64,000 nucleotides of DNA. Source: Microthrixaceae bacterium (GTDB lineage Bacteria; Actinomycetota; Acidimicrobiia; Acidimicrobiales; Microtrichaceae). Within the stretch, counting starts at the first letter, position 1, and the number at the start of each line of letters is the position of its first letter. The translations under genes and the position numbers were made by a program. The stretch spans positions 1,202 through 65,201 of the forward strand of contig JAWKIF010000016.1 in the NCBI GenBank assembly GCA_041394405.1, read 5' to 3'. The notes below the pieces were generated by a model, which worked only from the letters and a program-made list of their open reading frames with translations, was not told the DNA's origin and ran no database searches. This document shows positions 17,157-26,540 of the stretch, in pieces.

Positions 17157-17884
17157 ACGACTCGCCCACCACCGAAGCGCCGCTGTTGAAGGTGGAGAAC
17201 CTCACCGCAGCCTATGGGCCGGTCCAGGTGCTCTTCGGCCTCGACCTGCAGGTTGGCGACGGGGAGTTCGTGGTCATGCTGGGCGCCAACGGCGCAGGCA
17301 AGACCACCACGCTGCGGGCCCTGTCGGGCCTGGTGTCGGCCACCGGTGCGGCCCGCTTCGATGGCACGTCCATCCTGGGCACCCGGGCCGACAAGGTGGC
17401 CAAGGCCGGCATTGCGCACGTGCCACAGGGCCGGGGCACCCTGTCGGAGCTGACCGTGGAGGAGAACCTGGCGGTGGGCGCCTACCTGCGACGTGACGAC
17501 GAGGTGGACGCCGACCGTGACCGCTGGTTCGACACGTTCCCCCGCCTGGCCGAGCGTCGCCACCAGACGGCCGGCTCCATGTCGGGCGGCGAGCAACAGA
17601 TGCTGGCCATCGCCCGGGCCATGATGGGCCGACCCCGGTTGATCCTGCTGGACGAGCCGTCGTTGGGCCTGGCGCCGCTGATCACCCGTGAGGTTTTCGA
17701 GAAGCTCAGCGAGATCAACGCTTCTGCCGGCCTGGCCGTGCTGCTGGTGGAGCAGAACGCCAACCTGGCGTTGGAGGTGGCCGATCGTGCTTACGTGTTG
17801 GAGGCCGGGCGCATCACGGACGAGGGCAGCGCAGCGCACCTGAAGGCCAACGAGTCGGTCCAACGGGCCTACCTGGGGGTGTGA
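17153..17884 (+). CDS. livF: Branched-chain amino acid ABC transporter ATP-binding protein (LivF-like)
   Basis: ORF 17153-17884. GANGAGKTT, MSGGEQQMLAIARAM, LILLDEPSLGLAP. 4-nt overlap with livG. Confidence 0.85.
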   Translation: MNDSPTTEAPLLKVENLTAAYGPVQVLFGLDLQVGDGEFVVMLGANGAGKTTTLRALSGLVSATGAARFDGTSILGTRADKVAKAGIAHVPQGRGTLSELTVEENLAVGAYLRRDDEVDADRDRWFDTFPRLAERRHQTAGSMSGGEQQMLAIARAMMGRPRLILLDEPSLGLAPLITREVFEKLSEINASAGLAVLLVEQNANLALEVADRAYVLEAGRITDEGSAAHLKANESVQRAYLGV

Positions 17885-18810
17885 ACGCGATGCATCTCTT
17901 GGCCTTTGACACCGAGTTCTTCCTCCAACGCATCTTCGCTGGGTTCGAGTCGGGCGCTGTCTACGCCATGCTGGGCCTGGGGCTCGTCATCATCTATCGC
18001 AGCTCCGGCCTGCTGAACTTCGCCCAGGGCGAGATGGCGATGTTCAGCACCTATCTGGTGTGGGCGCTGGTGGGCGGTGACGGCGGTGGCGGCATGAACG
18101 TGTGGCTGGCACTGGTGCTCGTGATGATCATCTCGTTCGCCGGTGCGGCGGTCATCCAGGCCGCGGTGATCCGACCGCTGGGTGATCCGCACCTGAACCC
18201 GCTGGCGGTGGTCATCGTCACCATCGGGCTGTACCTGACCATGCACGAGCTGCCCGCGCTGTTCTGGGACTCGGCCAACCACCAGCTGACCCCGCTGTTT
18301 GGCACCGGCTCGATTGACATCGCGGGCACTGCGTTCACGTATCGGGCGCTCGGAGCCGTGGTGCTGTTGCTGGTGGAGGCGGCGGCGTTCTGGGCGATCT
18401 TGCGCTACACCAAGTTGGGCCTGGCCTTGCGGGCGGTGTCCACCAACTCGGAATCGGCGAGCCTCAGCGGCGTTGCGGTGCAGCGCACCCTGATGTTGGG
18501 CTGGGGCCTGGCGGTGGCCATCGGCGTGGTGGCCGGCGTGACCACCGTGGGCACGCAGGTCTTTGATCCCAACTTCATGCTGGTGGTGATCATCTATGCC
18601 TTCGCCGGTGTGACGCTGGGTGGCTTCGATAGCCCGCTCGGCGCGGTGGTCGGGGGCCTCACGGTGGGGCTCATCACCGAAACGCTGCCCTTCTACGTCG
18701 ACGCCATCGGCGGCGAATTCCAGCTGATGCCGGCGTTCGTGCTCATCCTCGTGGTGTTGCTGGTTCGACCGCAGGGCCTGTTCGGTCGCCGGGAGGTGAA
18801 CCGGGTATGA
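17881..18810 (+). CDS. livH: Branched-chain amino acid ABC transporter permease (LivH-like)
   Basis: ORF 17881-18810. Polytopic; typical LivH N-terminus FLQRIFAGFESGAVYAMLGLGLVIIYRSSGLLNFAQGEM. Confidence 0.85.
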   Translation: MNAMHLLAFDTEFFLQRIFAGFESGAVYAMLGLGLVIIYRSSGLLNFAQGEMAMFSTYLVWALVGGDGGGGMNVWLALVLVMIISFAGAAVIQAAVIRPLGDPHLNPLAVVIVTIGLYLTMHELPALFWDSANHQLTPLFGTGSIDIAGTAFTYRALGAVVLLLVEAAAFWAILRYTKLGLALRAVSTNSESASLSGVAVQRTLMLGWGLAVAIGVVAGVTTVGTQVFDPNFMLVVIIYAFAGVTLGGFDSPLGAVVGGLTVGLITETLPFYVDAIGGEFQLMPAFVLILVVLLVRPQGLFGRREVNRV

Positions 18811-19925
18811 GCGAGGACTCCGCCGCGCTGCCCGCGGCCGCAGCGGCCACGGCCGACGTCACCCGACTCGACGCGCTGTTGGCTCCGAACCGCCGGGCCC
18901 AGATGGTCAAGGCGGTTGTCGGGCTGGTCGTGGTCTTGATCATCCTGTCGCTGCCCTTCCAATACGCCGACTTCCAGCTCGACCGGTTCTCCAAGGTGAT
19001 CGCCTTCGCCATCGCGGCCATGGGGTTGAACCTGCTCACGGGTTTCACCGGCCAGGTGTCGGTGGGGCACGCCGTCTTCTTCGGTTTGGGTGCCTACACC
19101 ACCGCCATCCTCGTGAACGACCACGGCTGGGCCCTGCTGGCGGCCGCCGCCGTGGCCGCTCTGGTGGCCGGGGCGGTTGGTGTCGTGGTGGGCCTGCCCG
19201 CACTGCGCATCAGCGGGCTGTATCTGGCACTTGTGACGCTGGCGTTGGCGATGCTGTTCCCTCAAGTGATCAAACGCTTCGCTTGGCTGACCGGCGGCTC
19301 GGAGGGCAAGCCGCTGCGCACCGACGTGGAGGTGGCACCCGGCGTGGTCAAGCCCCGCACGGTGCGCTTCGAGGCGCCGTTCGGCGACCTCACGTCGTCG
19401 CAGTGGACCTTCTATGTGTTCCTTGCCATCGGCGCCGTGTTCTATCTGGTTGCCTGGAACCTCATCCGCTCACGCATGGGCCGGGCCATGGTGGCGGTAC
19501 GCGACAACGAGATCGCCGCCACGTCCAACGGCGTCCACCTGGCCCGCGTCAAGGTGAGCACCTTCGGGCTGTCGGCCCTCTTTGCCGGTGCTGGCGGTGC
19601 GCTCTACGCCCTGGGTGAGGGGAACGTGGTGCCGGACAAGTTCGGCGTGGAGGACTCCATCTACCTGCTGGTGGCGGTGGTCGTCGGCGGCGCGGCCAGC
19701 CTCTGGGGCCCTGCCTTGGGCGCGATCGCCATCGTCTTCCTGGCCGACCTGGTGCCGGAGAACCTGCAACCCGTCAGCCGGCTCATCCAGGGTCTCCTGC
19801 TGATCGGGCTCATCATCGCCGCACCCGGCGGCATCACGGGCCTGGCCCGACGGCTCGGCGCCACCGTGGCGCGCCGGTTCAGCTCTGCTTCCCACAACCC
19901 GCCCATCGAGGAGGAACCAACATGA
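18807..19925 (+). CDS. livM: Branched-chain amino acid ABC transporter permease (LivM-like)
   Basis: ORF 18807-19925. Polytopic; GLNLLTGFTGQVSVGHAVFFGLGAY motif. Confidence 0.85.
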   Translation: MSEDSAALPAAAAATADVTRLDALLAPNRRAQMVKAVVGLVVVLIILSLPFQYADFQLDRFSKVIAFAIAAMGLNLLTGFTGQVSVGHAVFFGLGAYTTAILVNDHGWALLAAAAVAALVAGAVGVVVGLPALRISGLYLALVTLALAMLFPQVIKRFAWLTGGSEGKPLRTDVEVAPGVVKPRTVRFEAPFGDLTSSQWTFYVFLAIGAVFYLVAWNLIRSRMGRAMVAVRDNEIAATSNGVHLARVKVSTFGLSALFAGAGGALYALGEGNVVPDKFGVEDSIYLLVAVVVGGAASLWGPALGAIAIVFLADLVPENLQPVSRLIQGLLLIGLIIAAPGGITGLARRLGATVARRFSSASHNPPIEEEPT

Positions 19926-21259
19926 CCCAACTACGCACCTGGCGACGTTCCCGGCTGCTGGCCGGGGCGCTTAGCCTCACGATGATCGCCGCCGCGTGCG
20001 GCGGACGCGACGACGGCGAGAGCTCGAGCGGCAGCGGCGGCGACACCGGCTCCGAACAGGCCGCCGGCGACTCCATCGTCGACGTGTCGATCTGCGCCGA
20101 CTATCAGGCCGCCGCCGGCGTCACCGATGACACCATCAAGCTGGGGACCTCCATGCCCCAGTCGGGTCCCTTCGCCATCTTCGGACAGATCCTCAACGGC
20201 TTGGAGGCCTATTTCGATTGGCGCAATTCGGAGGGCGGCGTGGCCGGCCGTCAGGTTGAACTGGTCGCCTACGACGACGAATACAAGGCGGACCGCACCG
20301 CCGAGAACGTCAAGAAGCTGGTTGCCGAGGACGAGGTCTTCGCCCTGGTGGGCGTGCTGGGCACCCAAAACAACCTGGGCGTGCGCGACTACCTGGACGA
20401 GAACTGCGTGCCCGACCTGGCCGTCGCAACCGGTTCGCCCCAGTGGGGCGAGGCCGCTCAGTACCCATGGCTGCAGGGCGGCATCCCGTCCTACGCCCTG
20501 GAGATGAAGCGGTTGGTCGACTACCTGGCCGAGGAGCAGCCCGACGCCAAGATCGCGTTGCTTCGCCAGAACGACGACTTCGGCGACGCCTACGAGAACG
20601 CGTTGGCCGAGCTGACCGCCGACAACGACATGGAGGTGGTGGCCACCGAGACCTACGACGCACAGGCCTCAACCGACACCAAGGCCCAGGTGGAGAAGCT
20701 GGCTCAGAGCGATGCCACCGTGTTCATCAACGGGGCAAGCGGTTCGCAGTGCCCGAACACGCTGAAGTTCGTGCCGGATGATTGGGACGTGCTCACGTAC
20801 GTCTCCATTACCTGCACCTCGAAGCTGGCCCTGTCGCTGGCCGGCGGCAAGGACGAGGGCATCATCTCCACCCAGGCGGCGCTCGATCCCGCCACCCCGG
20901 AGGATGCCGAGCAGCCCAAAATGAAGGAGTTCCTCACCGAGTCCGTCAAGCACGGTCTCACCCAGGATGAGGCCGAGCAGGGCGTCGCCGCGATCGGCTG
21001 GGGTTTCGGTGCCCAGGTGTCGGGGATTCTCGAGGCCTCACCCGAGCTCACCCGGGAGGACGTCATGAAGACGGCCTGGACACTCGACGGGGCCGACTAC
21101 GGGCTGCTTCGTGAGGGCGTCACCCTCAACACGGACGGCGCCGAGGACCCGTGGGCGCTCGAGTCCCTGCGGGTGATCAAGCGCGTGGACGGCGAATGGA
21201 CCGAGGCCGGCGAGAACATCGACTACAACGGGCAGTCGAACGACTTCGTCGGCGGCTAG
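19922..21259 (+). CDS. ABC transporter substrate-binding lipoprotein (Liv/type I periplasmic binding fold)
   Basis: ORF 19922-21259. Lipobox LTMIAAACGG, then GTSMPQSGPFA..., typical of LivJ/K-like binding proteins. 4-nt overlap with livM. Confidence 0.8.
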   Translation: MTQLRTWRRSRLLAGALSLTMIAAACGGRDDGESSSGSGGDTGSEQAAGDSIVDVSICADYQAAAGVTDDTIKLGTSMPQSGPFAIFGQILNGLEAYFDWRNSEGGVAGRQVELVAYDDEYKADRTAENVKKLVAEDEVFALVGVLGTQNNLGVRDYLDENCVPDLAVATGSPQWGEAAQYPWLQGGIPSYALEMKRLVDYLAEEQPDAKIALLRQNDDFGDAYENALAELTADNDMEVVATETYDAQASTDTKAQVEKLAQSDATVFINGASGSQCPNTLKFVPDDWDVLTYVSITCTSKLALSLAGGKDEGIISTQAALDPATPEDAEQPKMKEFLTESVKHGLTQDEAEQGVAAIGWGFGAQVSGILEASPELTREDVMKTAWTLDGADYGLLREGVTLNTDGAEDPWALESLRVIKRVDGEWTEAGENIDYNGQSNDFVGG

Positions 21260-21933
21260 TTCACCGGTTCATCGGGGCGCGTTGGATTCGGCGTCGGCGA
21301 CGGCGCCGAATCCAACAGATCCTCGGCCCCTTGGCGTACCTGCCAGTCGCGATCGGTCAATGCGGCGTTGAGCCGCTCTTCTACTGCCGGGCCGTCGAAC
21401 GCGGCCAGCGCCAACACCGCGCGTCGCCGCACGGTGGCCACATCGGAGTTGGCCGACAACACGGCGGCCAGCCCGTCCTGGTGGCCGAGCGACCCCAGGG
21501 CGGCCACGGCCGCCTCGCGCACCAACCGTTCGTTGTGTTCGGTCGCGGCGGCCGCCAGCGCGGCCACGACGTCGGAGGTCGCAGCGTCGTGGGGTGCTTC
21601 GCCCAGGGCCGCCGCTGCGGCCTCGGCAACGAGCTGGTCGTCGCCGGCCAGCGCTTCGAGCACGCCGGCGATCAGGCCCGGTGCGAGCAGCTCGGGGTGC
21701 TCGCCTGCCAACGCCAGTGCTCGAAGCCGCACCCGTTGGGAGGGGTCGGAAACGGCGTCGAGCAGCGTGGCCTCGTCGAGCCGACCGTGGCGCGACAGGG
21801 CGCTCAGTCGGGCCGCCCGAAGCACCGGGTGGGGGTCGTCGCCGGCGACTGGCGGTGTCCCGGATCCGTCCCACAGCAGCAACGCGCGACGGGATTCGCG
21901 CTCAGAGTGGCCTTTTTGGGGCGGGTCAGGCAC
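21256..21933 (-). CDS. HEAT-repeat protein
   Basis: ORF 21256-21933. Repeated ~30-aa units of the form D..VR..AA.ALG (VREAAVAALGSLG, VRRRAVLALAAF, DWQVRQGAEDLL). Confidence 0.7.
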   Translation of the reverse strand: MPDPPQKGHSERESRRALLLWDGSGTPPVAGDDPHPVLRAARLSALSRHGRLDEATLLDAVSDPSQRVRLRALALAGEHPELLAPGLIAGVLEALAGDDQLVAEAAAAALGEAPHDAATSDVVAALAAAATEHNERLVREAAVAALGSLGHQDGLAAVLSANSDVATVRRRAVLALAAFDGPAVEERLNAALTDRDWQVRQGAEDLLDSAPSPTPNPTRPDEPVN

Positions 21934-22050
21934 TGGCAGTAGTACCCATGGCGCGTAAGGAAACGATGCAGCAAGATTGGTGCATCGTCCGGCTCATGTG
22001 CGACCGCGCACGGCCGATACATAAAGTCCAGCCAACCAGGAGGCCGCGCT

Positions 22051-22686
22051 GTGTCCCACTCCCACATGGTGATCTTTCAGAACCAGGAAGGCAATCCTGG
22101 ATACCGCCAGTTTGAGGCCATCGACGAGGCCGTCGCCTTCGTCGAGTCGATTCGCAACGATCAAGGCGTCGATGCGGCCCGCATCTTCCGACTGGAGGAG
22201 GTGCACTTCCAGTTCCAGCCGTACTACCGGGTTTCGGTGACCGAACCGGGCCTGGTGTCGCCGCAGGGCTCCGACGCCCCGTCAGCCCCGGAGGCGCCGC
22301 CCGCCCCCACCCAGGCTGCCACCCCGTCCGCGACCGTCGCAGCCCCGGAGCAGCCGGCCGCCGTGGTTGATGCGCAGCCCCCCACCACCGAACAACCGGC
22401 CGTCGCCCCGGCCGATCAGGCCCCGGCCGCCAAGGACGACTCGGACGACGAGCCCGGTTCGGCCACGTCGCCGGGGGATGAGCCCGCCGCGAGCGAAGCA
22501 TCCGGGGAGGCTTCGGCCGAGGAGACGGCTCCGGCCAAGGCCGAGCCGGAGCCGGCCGCGTCCAGCAGCTCCTCGTCCAGTTGGGGCATGGCTCCGCCCG
22601 CACCGACTGGGGAGAACGGCACGAGCCAGCCGGTTGGGGCCGGCGCAGACGGCGGCACGACTCGACGCGGGCTGTTCGGCCGCTAG
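22051..22686 (+). CDS. Hypothetical protein: ~70-aa N-terminal globular domain plus Pro/Ala/Glu-rich disordered tail
   Basis: ORF 22051-22686. GTG start preceded by CCAGGAGG. No recognisable motif. Confidence 0.55.
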   Translation: MSHSHMVIFQNQEGNPGYRQFEAIDEAVAFVESIRNDQGVDAARIFRLEEVHFQFQPYYRVSVTEPGLVSPQGSDAPSAPEAPPAPTQAATPSATVAAPEQPAAVVDAQPPTTEQPAVAPADQAPAAKDDSDDEPGSATSPGDEPAASEASGEASAEETAPAKAEPEPAASSSSSSSWGMAPPAPTGENGTSQPVGAGADGGTTRRGLFGR

Positions 22687-22732
22687 GGCCAACGCCCCGT
22701 CCACCGACCATACTGGACCAGCAGACTCCACT

Positions 22733-22762
22733 CAGGCCCTCGCACCTCGGTGCGGGGGCCTG
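22733..22762. terminator. Bidirectional terminator hairpin between convergent genes
   Basis: 13-bp stem CAGGCCCTCGCAC / GTGCGGGGGCCTG (one G-U pair) with CTCG tetraloop. Confidence 0.6.
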
Positions 22763-22799
22763 ACGCCGTCATGCCGGGGTGCCGCGTCGGAGGGCTTGC

Positions 22800-23117
22800 T
22801 CAGCCGATGGCACCCTCGGTCAGCAGCCCGATGGCGAACCCGATCAGTCCGGCGATCACCGCCATGGCGGCCGCCAGGCAGGCCAACGCCAGCAGCAACA
22901 ACAGCGCAGACCGGAGCTTGGCCACCACGCCGTCTCGGTTGCGTCGGCCGGCCCACAATCCGAAGACCTCTCTCAGGGGAGGAAGCGGAATGAACCGCAG
23001 CGCGGCTGCGGCTCCGGACGAATCGGTGACAGGCTTGGGCCTCACCCCAAACAGCAGGTAGCCGGCGACCAGCGCGGTCACCGCCACGGTTGCGAGCCCC
23101 ACGATCAACATCAACAT
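22800..23117 (-). CDS. Small two-TM membrane protein, hypothetical
   Basis: 3' part of ORF 22800-23318 from ATG 23117. Sequence MLMLIVGLATVAVTALVAGYLLF ... LLLLLALACLAAAMAVIAGLIGFAIGLL. Confidence 0.5.
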   Translation of the reverse strand: MLMLIVGLATVAVTALVAGYLLFGVRPKPVTDSSGAAAALRFIPLPPLREVFGLWAGRRNRDGVVAKLRSALLLLLALACLAAAMAVIAGLIGFAIGLLTEGAIG

Positions 23118-24246
23118 GACCTCACCCAGCGTACTGCCCGGCACCGGACCATCCGGCGAAACGCCCCAAGATCCCGAAGGTCGCTCCCGTCGGGTGCCTC
23201 GTTGGGCCCTGTGGGTGGGCGCCATGGTCACCCTCATGCTGGCGGCCGGTGCGGTCGCCGGAACCGCTGCCATCAAGACCGACGATGTGCTCTTCTCCCC
23301 CGGCGAGGCGAGGGGCACCGAGGGGCGGGTGAAGATCTCTGGGGCCGAGAGCTATCCCGCAACGGGCGACGTGTTCTTCGCCACCGTGTCGGTTCGACAG
23401 GCGACGCTGTTCGACGATCTCTTCCGCCGACCGTTGGACGACACGCTTCGGTTCACACCGCTCGACGAGGTCTACCCGGACGGCAACAAGGCAGCCGTCG
23501 ATGCCGCCAACGAGAACGCCATGGACGACTCCAAGACCGTGGCCAGCGTGGTGGCACTGCAGCATCTGGGGAAGGAGGTGACGTTCAGCGGAGACGGGGT
23601 GGCGGTGCTGGAGGTTGACGAGGAACGTCCGGCGCAAGGTCGCCTGGATCCCGGCGACCTCATCGTGTCCGCCGACGGCGAGCGGGTGCAGCTGACGGAC
23701 GATCTCCACCGAGTGCTCGCCGCCAAGTCGCCGGGGGACACGGTGGAGCTCGAGGTACGGCGCGGCGCCGCTCCGCTTGAAGGTGCTGCGCCGGAGGAAA
23801 CACCGGAGCCCGAGACCGTCAGTGTCGGCCTGGAGGCCGGGCCCGACGGCGACCCCATCATGGGCATTCGGGTCAGCGACTACAACCTGGACGTCGAGTT
23901 GCCCTTCGACATCACGCTCAACTCGGGTGAGGTCACCGGGCCATCGGCCGGGCTGGCCTGGACGCTGGCCATCGTCGACGAGCTGACTCCCGGCGAGCTG
24001 ACCGGCGGCGAGAACATCGCCGCCACCGGCACCATCGCCCCGGATGGGTCGGTCGGTGCCATCGGCGGGTTGCCACAAAAGGCGGCGGCCGTCCGGCGAC
24101 TGGGGGCCAAGGTGTTCCTCATTCCGGAGGGTCTGCCCTCCGACGAGGTGGCCCAGGCGAAGAAGATCGCAGGTGACGACGTGCGGCTGGTCGAGGTGGC
24201 CGACCTCGACGAGGCGATCGAACGCATCGAGGAGCTGACCGGCTGA
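23116..24246 (+). CDS. PDZ-domain protein with Lon-protease (S16) C-terminal domain (YlbL/SdrC-like)
   Basis: ORF 23116-24246. N-terminal TM, PDZ-like GDLIVSADGERV, Lon_C signature VTGPSAGLAWTLAIVDEL...IAATGTIAPDGSVGAIGGLPQK. Start may be further downstream. Confidence 0.8.
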   Translation: MTSPSVLPGTGPSGETPQDPEGRSRRVPRWALWVGAMVTLMLAAGAVAGTAAIKTDDVLFSPGEARGTEGRVKISGAESYPATGDVFFATVSVRQATLFDDLFRRPLDDTLRFTPLDEVYPDGNKAAVDAANENAMDDSKTVASVVALQHLGKEVTFSGDGVAVLEVDEERPAQGRLDPGDLIVSADGERVQLTDDLHRVLAAKSPGDTVELEVRRGAAPLEGAAPEETPEPETVSVGLEAGPDGDPIMGIRVSDYNLDVELPFDITLNSGEVTGPSAGLAWTLAIVDELTPGELTGGENIAATGTIAPDGSVGAIGGLPQKAAAVRRLGAKVFLIPEGLPSDEVAQAKKIAGDDVRLVEVADLDEAIERIEELTG

Positions 24247-24296
24247 ACGGGTTGGCATCCACCGATGGGCGACCCCTGCGGTCGTAGCATCGGCAC

Positions 24297-26486
24297 ATGG
24301 CCGAGCCCATGAGACACCCGCGGGGTGCACAGATCGATGAGTTGGAACAGCGCGAGTTCTCTCGCGTCAGGAAGGGCTACGAACCCTCCGAGGTGAGGGC
24401 GGCCCTGGTGCAGGTATCCGCCGAGCTGCGGAGGCTGCGATCCGAGCGGGGTCGTCTCAGCGACGAGCTGTCGGCCGCGTATGCCGAGACCGAGCGGGTT
24501 CGTCGCGAGAACGAGTCGGCCCCGGTGGTGGTGCCCGACGACTCAGAGCTCACCCGGGTATTGGGCGAGGAGATGGTGCGGCTGCTCGACGACGCTCGAA
24601 CCACCGCCGCCGGCATCGCCAAACGAGCTGAGGAGGCCGCGGCGGAGATCAGGGCCGAAGCGGAGGCGCAGGCCCAGGAGCGCTTGGCCTCGCTGGAGGA
24701 CGAGCTGGCCGAGCGCCGTGCCGAGGCGGAGAGCGAGGAGCGAGACATTCTCGAGCTGGCCAACCGCGTCCTGGCGGAACGGACCGAGGCCGCAGACGAC
24801 GCAGCGGCCGAGCTTCGGGCGCAAGGTGAAGCCGAGCTGGCCGAGGCCAGGGAGGCCGCACGCGAACACATCGACGCCTCCAAGGAGGAGGGCCGCCGGC
24901 TGGTGGTGGAGGCCAAGCTGTTCCGCGAGCGCATCCTGCGCGACCTAGCCGGCCGCCGGAAGCTGGCCCGCAAGCAACTGGAGGCGATGCGGGCGGCGCA
25001 GGAACGGCTGCTGGGTGCGTTCACGGCCTGCGCCGGAGCGGTCGAGTCCGCCACGAGCGAGCTGCACACGGCGCTGCCCGAGGCAAAGGTCGCCGCCGAC
25101 GACGCGGCCAAGCGGGTGACGGACGACATCGAGGAGGTGGTGGCTCAGATGGAGGAGGCCATGGCCACCGGCGAGCTGCCCGCCGTGGTGATGGGGGAGA
25201 TCGGCCGCCCGGTGCTGGGGCGCTCCAAGGTGTCCTCGCCTGCCCTGCCCATCCGCCATGAGGAGCCACAAGCCGACGACGCCCAGCTGGCGGACCCTGT
25301 CGAGCTGACGGCCGACGAGGCCCCCGACGAACCCACGGGGGAGCATCCGGTGGTCGGTGGCGGGCCGTTCGAGCCGGACGCACGAGCGGCCGACGATCCC
25401 GCAGGCGACGAGGCCGAGGACTGGACCGAGCTCGAGGTCGACGAGTGGCTGGATGCCGATGCCGATGCCGATGCCGATGCTGAGGCCGACGCCGAGGAGG
25501 TGGTGGCCTCGACCGGCCGCGGCGAGCACCTGCGGCTGGTGGCCCCTGAAGCTCCTGAAGCCCCGGAACCGGCCGAGGCTGCGGGCGAGGCGAACCCGGT
25601 CGCCGATCCAGGCGCCGAACCGGGCCCTGAAGCAGGCGACATCTTCGCTCGTCTTCGCGCCGAGCGCGACGAGGCGGTCGCCGAGGCTCGCGAAACCCTC
25701 GGCGCAGCGGCCGAACCCGCCGACGACGCGTCCGACGCCGCTGAACCTGACGCCGTCGAGCTCGACGCCGAAGCCGATGACGACCCAGCTGCCCCGGCCC
25801 CGGCCATGGACGGCGAAACGGCCGACGAACTGCTCGACCGCCGCGACGACGCCATCGGCCCCATCGAGCGTGGCGTGTCGCGTCGGGTGAAACGCCTCGT
25901 GGACGATGAACAGAACGAGTTGCTGGACACCCTGCGGCGCACGCGGCGAAACGTCACGGTCGCGGCGCTGTTGCCCGAGGCCGACGACCAAGTGGCCACC
26001 CTGATGGAGTTGCTGGGCTCTGAGCTGACCGATGCGGTCGCCGCAGGGGCGGCCTCGGTGGCGGCGCGCTCCGGCACGCCGGTGGCGCTGGGACGTGACA
26101 ACCTGGAGCGCCTGGCGGCCTCCCTCGACGATGCGGTGAGGGCGCGCCTGGTGCTGCCGTGGCGCGAGGAAGTGGCGGCGCTCGTTGCGGAGGAGTCCGA
26201 TCGCGCTGCGCTCGGCGAACGCCTGCGGGCCGCCTACCGTGAACGCAAGACGGTGGCGTTGCCCGAGTTGGCTTCGGGCGTCGTGGTGGTGGCGTACAAC
26301 GCCGGGGTCGCCGCAGCCGGCCCCCCGGGCCCGGGTCTGGACTGGGTGTTGGACCATGGGGGCGAGCCCGCCGAACCCCACCTTCCCCGCATCCGCGGCG
26401 GGAACCCGACGTCGCTGTTGGAGGCCCTCTCGGCGCCCGACGTTCCCGTGGGGTGCCGCTGCCTGCTGGTGGCCAAGCAGCGCTAG
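24297..26486 (+). CDS. DivIVA-domain protein, very acidic, long coiled coil (729 aa)
   Basis: ORF 24297-26486. DivIVA N-terminal signature FSRVRKGYEPSEVRAALVQVSAELRRL, followed by E/A/R-rich heptad-like sequence and D/E/A low-complexity regions. Confidence 0.75.
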   Translation: MAEPMRHPRGAQIDELEQREFSRVRKGYEPSEVRAALVQVSAELRRLRSERGRLSDELSAAYAETERVRRENESAPVVVPDDSELTRVLGEEMVRLLDDARTTAAGIAKRAEEAAAEIRAEAEAQAQERLASLEDELAERRAEAESEERDILELANRVLAERTEAADDAAAELRAQGEAELAEAREAAREHIDASKEEGRRLVVEAKLFRERILRDLAGRRKLARKQLEAMRAAQERLLGAFTACAGAVESATSELHTALPEAKVAADDAAKRVTDDIEEVVAQMEEAMATGELPAVVMGEIGRPVLGRSKVSSPALPIRHEEPQADDAQLADPVELTADEAPDEPTGEHPVVGGGPFEPDARAADDPAGDEAEDWTELEVDEWLDADADADADAEADAEEVVASTGRGEHLRLVAPEAPEAPEPAEAAGEANPVADPGAEPGPEAGDIFARLRAERDEAVAEARETLGAAAEPADDASDAAEPDAVELDAEADDDPAAPAPAMDGETADELLDRRDDAIGPIERGVSRRVKRLVDDEQNELLDTLRRTRRNVTVAALLPEADDQVATLMELLGSELTDAVAAGAASVAARSGTPVALGRDNLERLAASLDDAVRARLVLPWREEVAALVAEESDRAALGERLRAAYRERKTVALPELASGVVVVAYNAGVAAAGPPGPGLDWVLDHGGEPAEPHLPRIRGGNPTSLLEALSAPDVPVGCRCLLVAKQR
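25452..25493 (+). repeat. In-frame hexanucleotide repeat (GATGCC x4, then GATGCT, GAGGCC, GACGCC) encoding DADADADADAEADA
   Basis: Read directly from 25441-25500. Confidence 0.9.
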
Positions 26487-26540
26487 CGCCACAACCGGGC
26501 GAACCAACCCGCCCCGAAGGGTCCGTTAGCCTGCGCGTTC

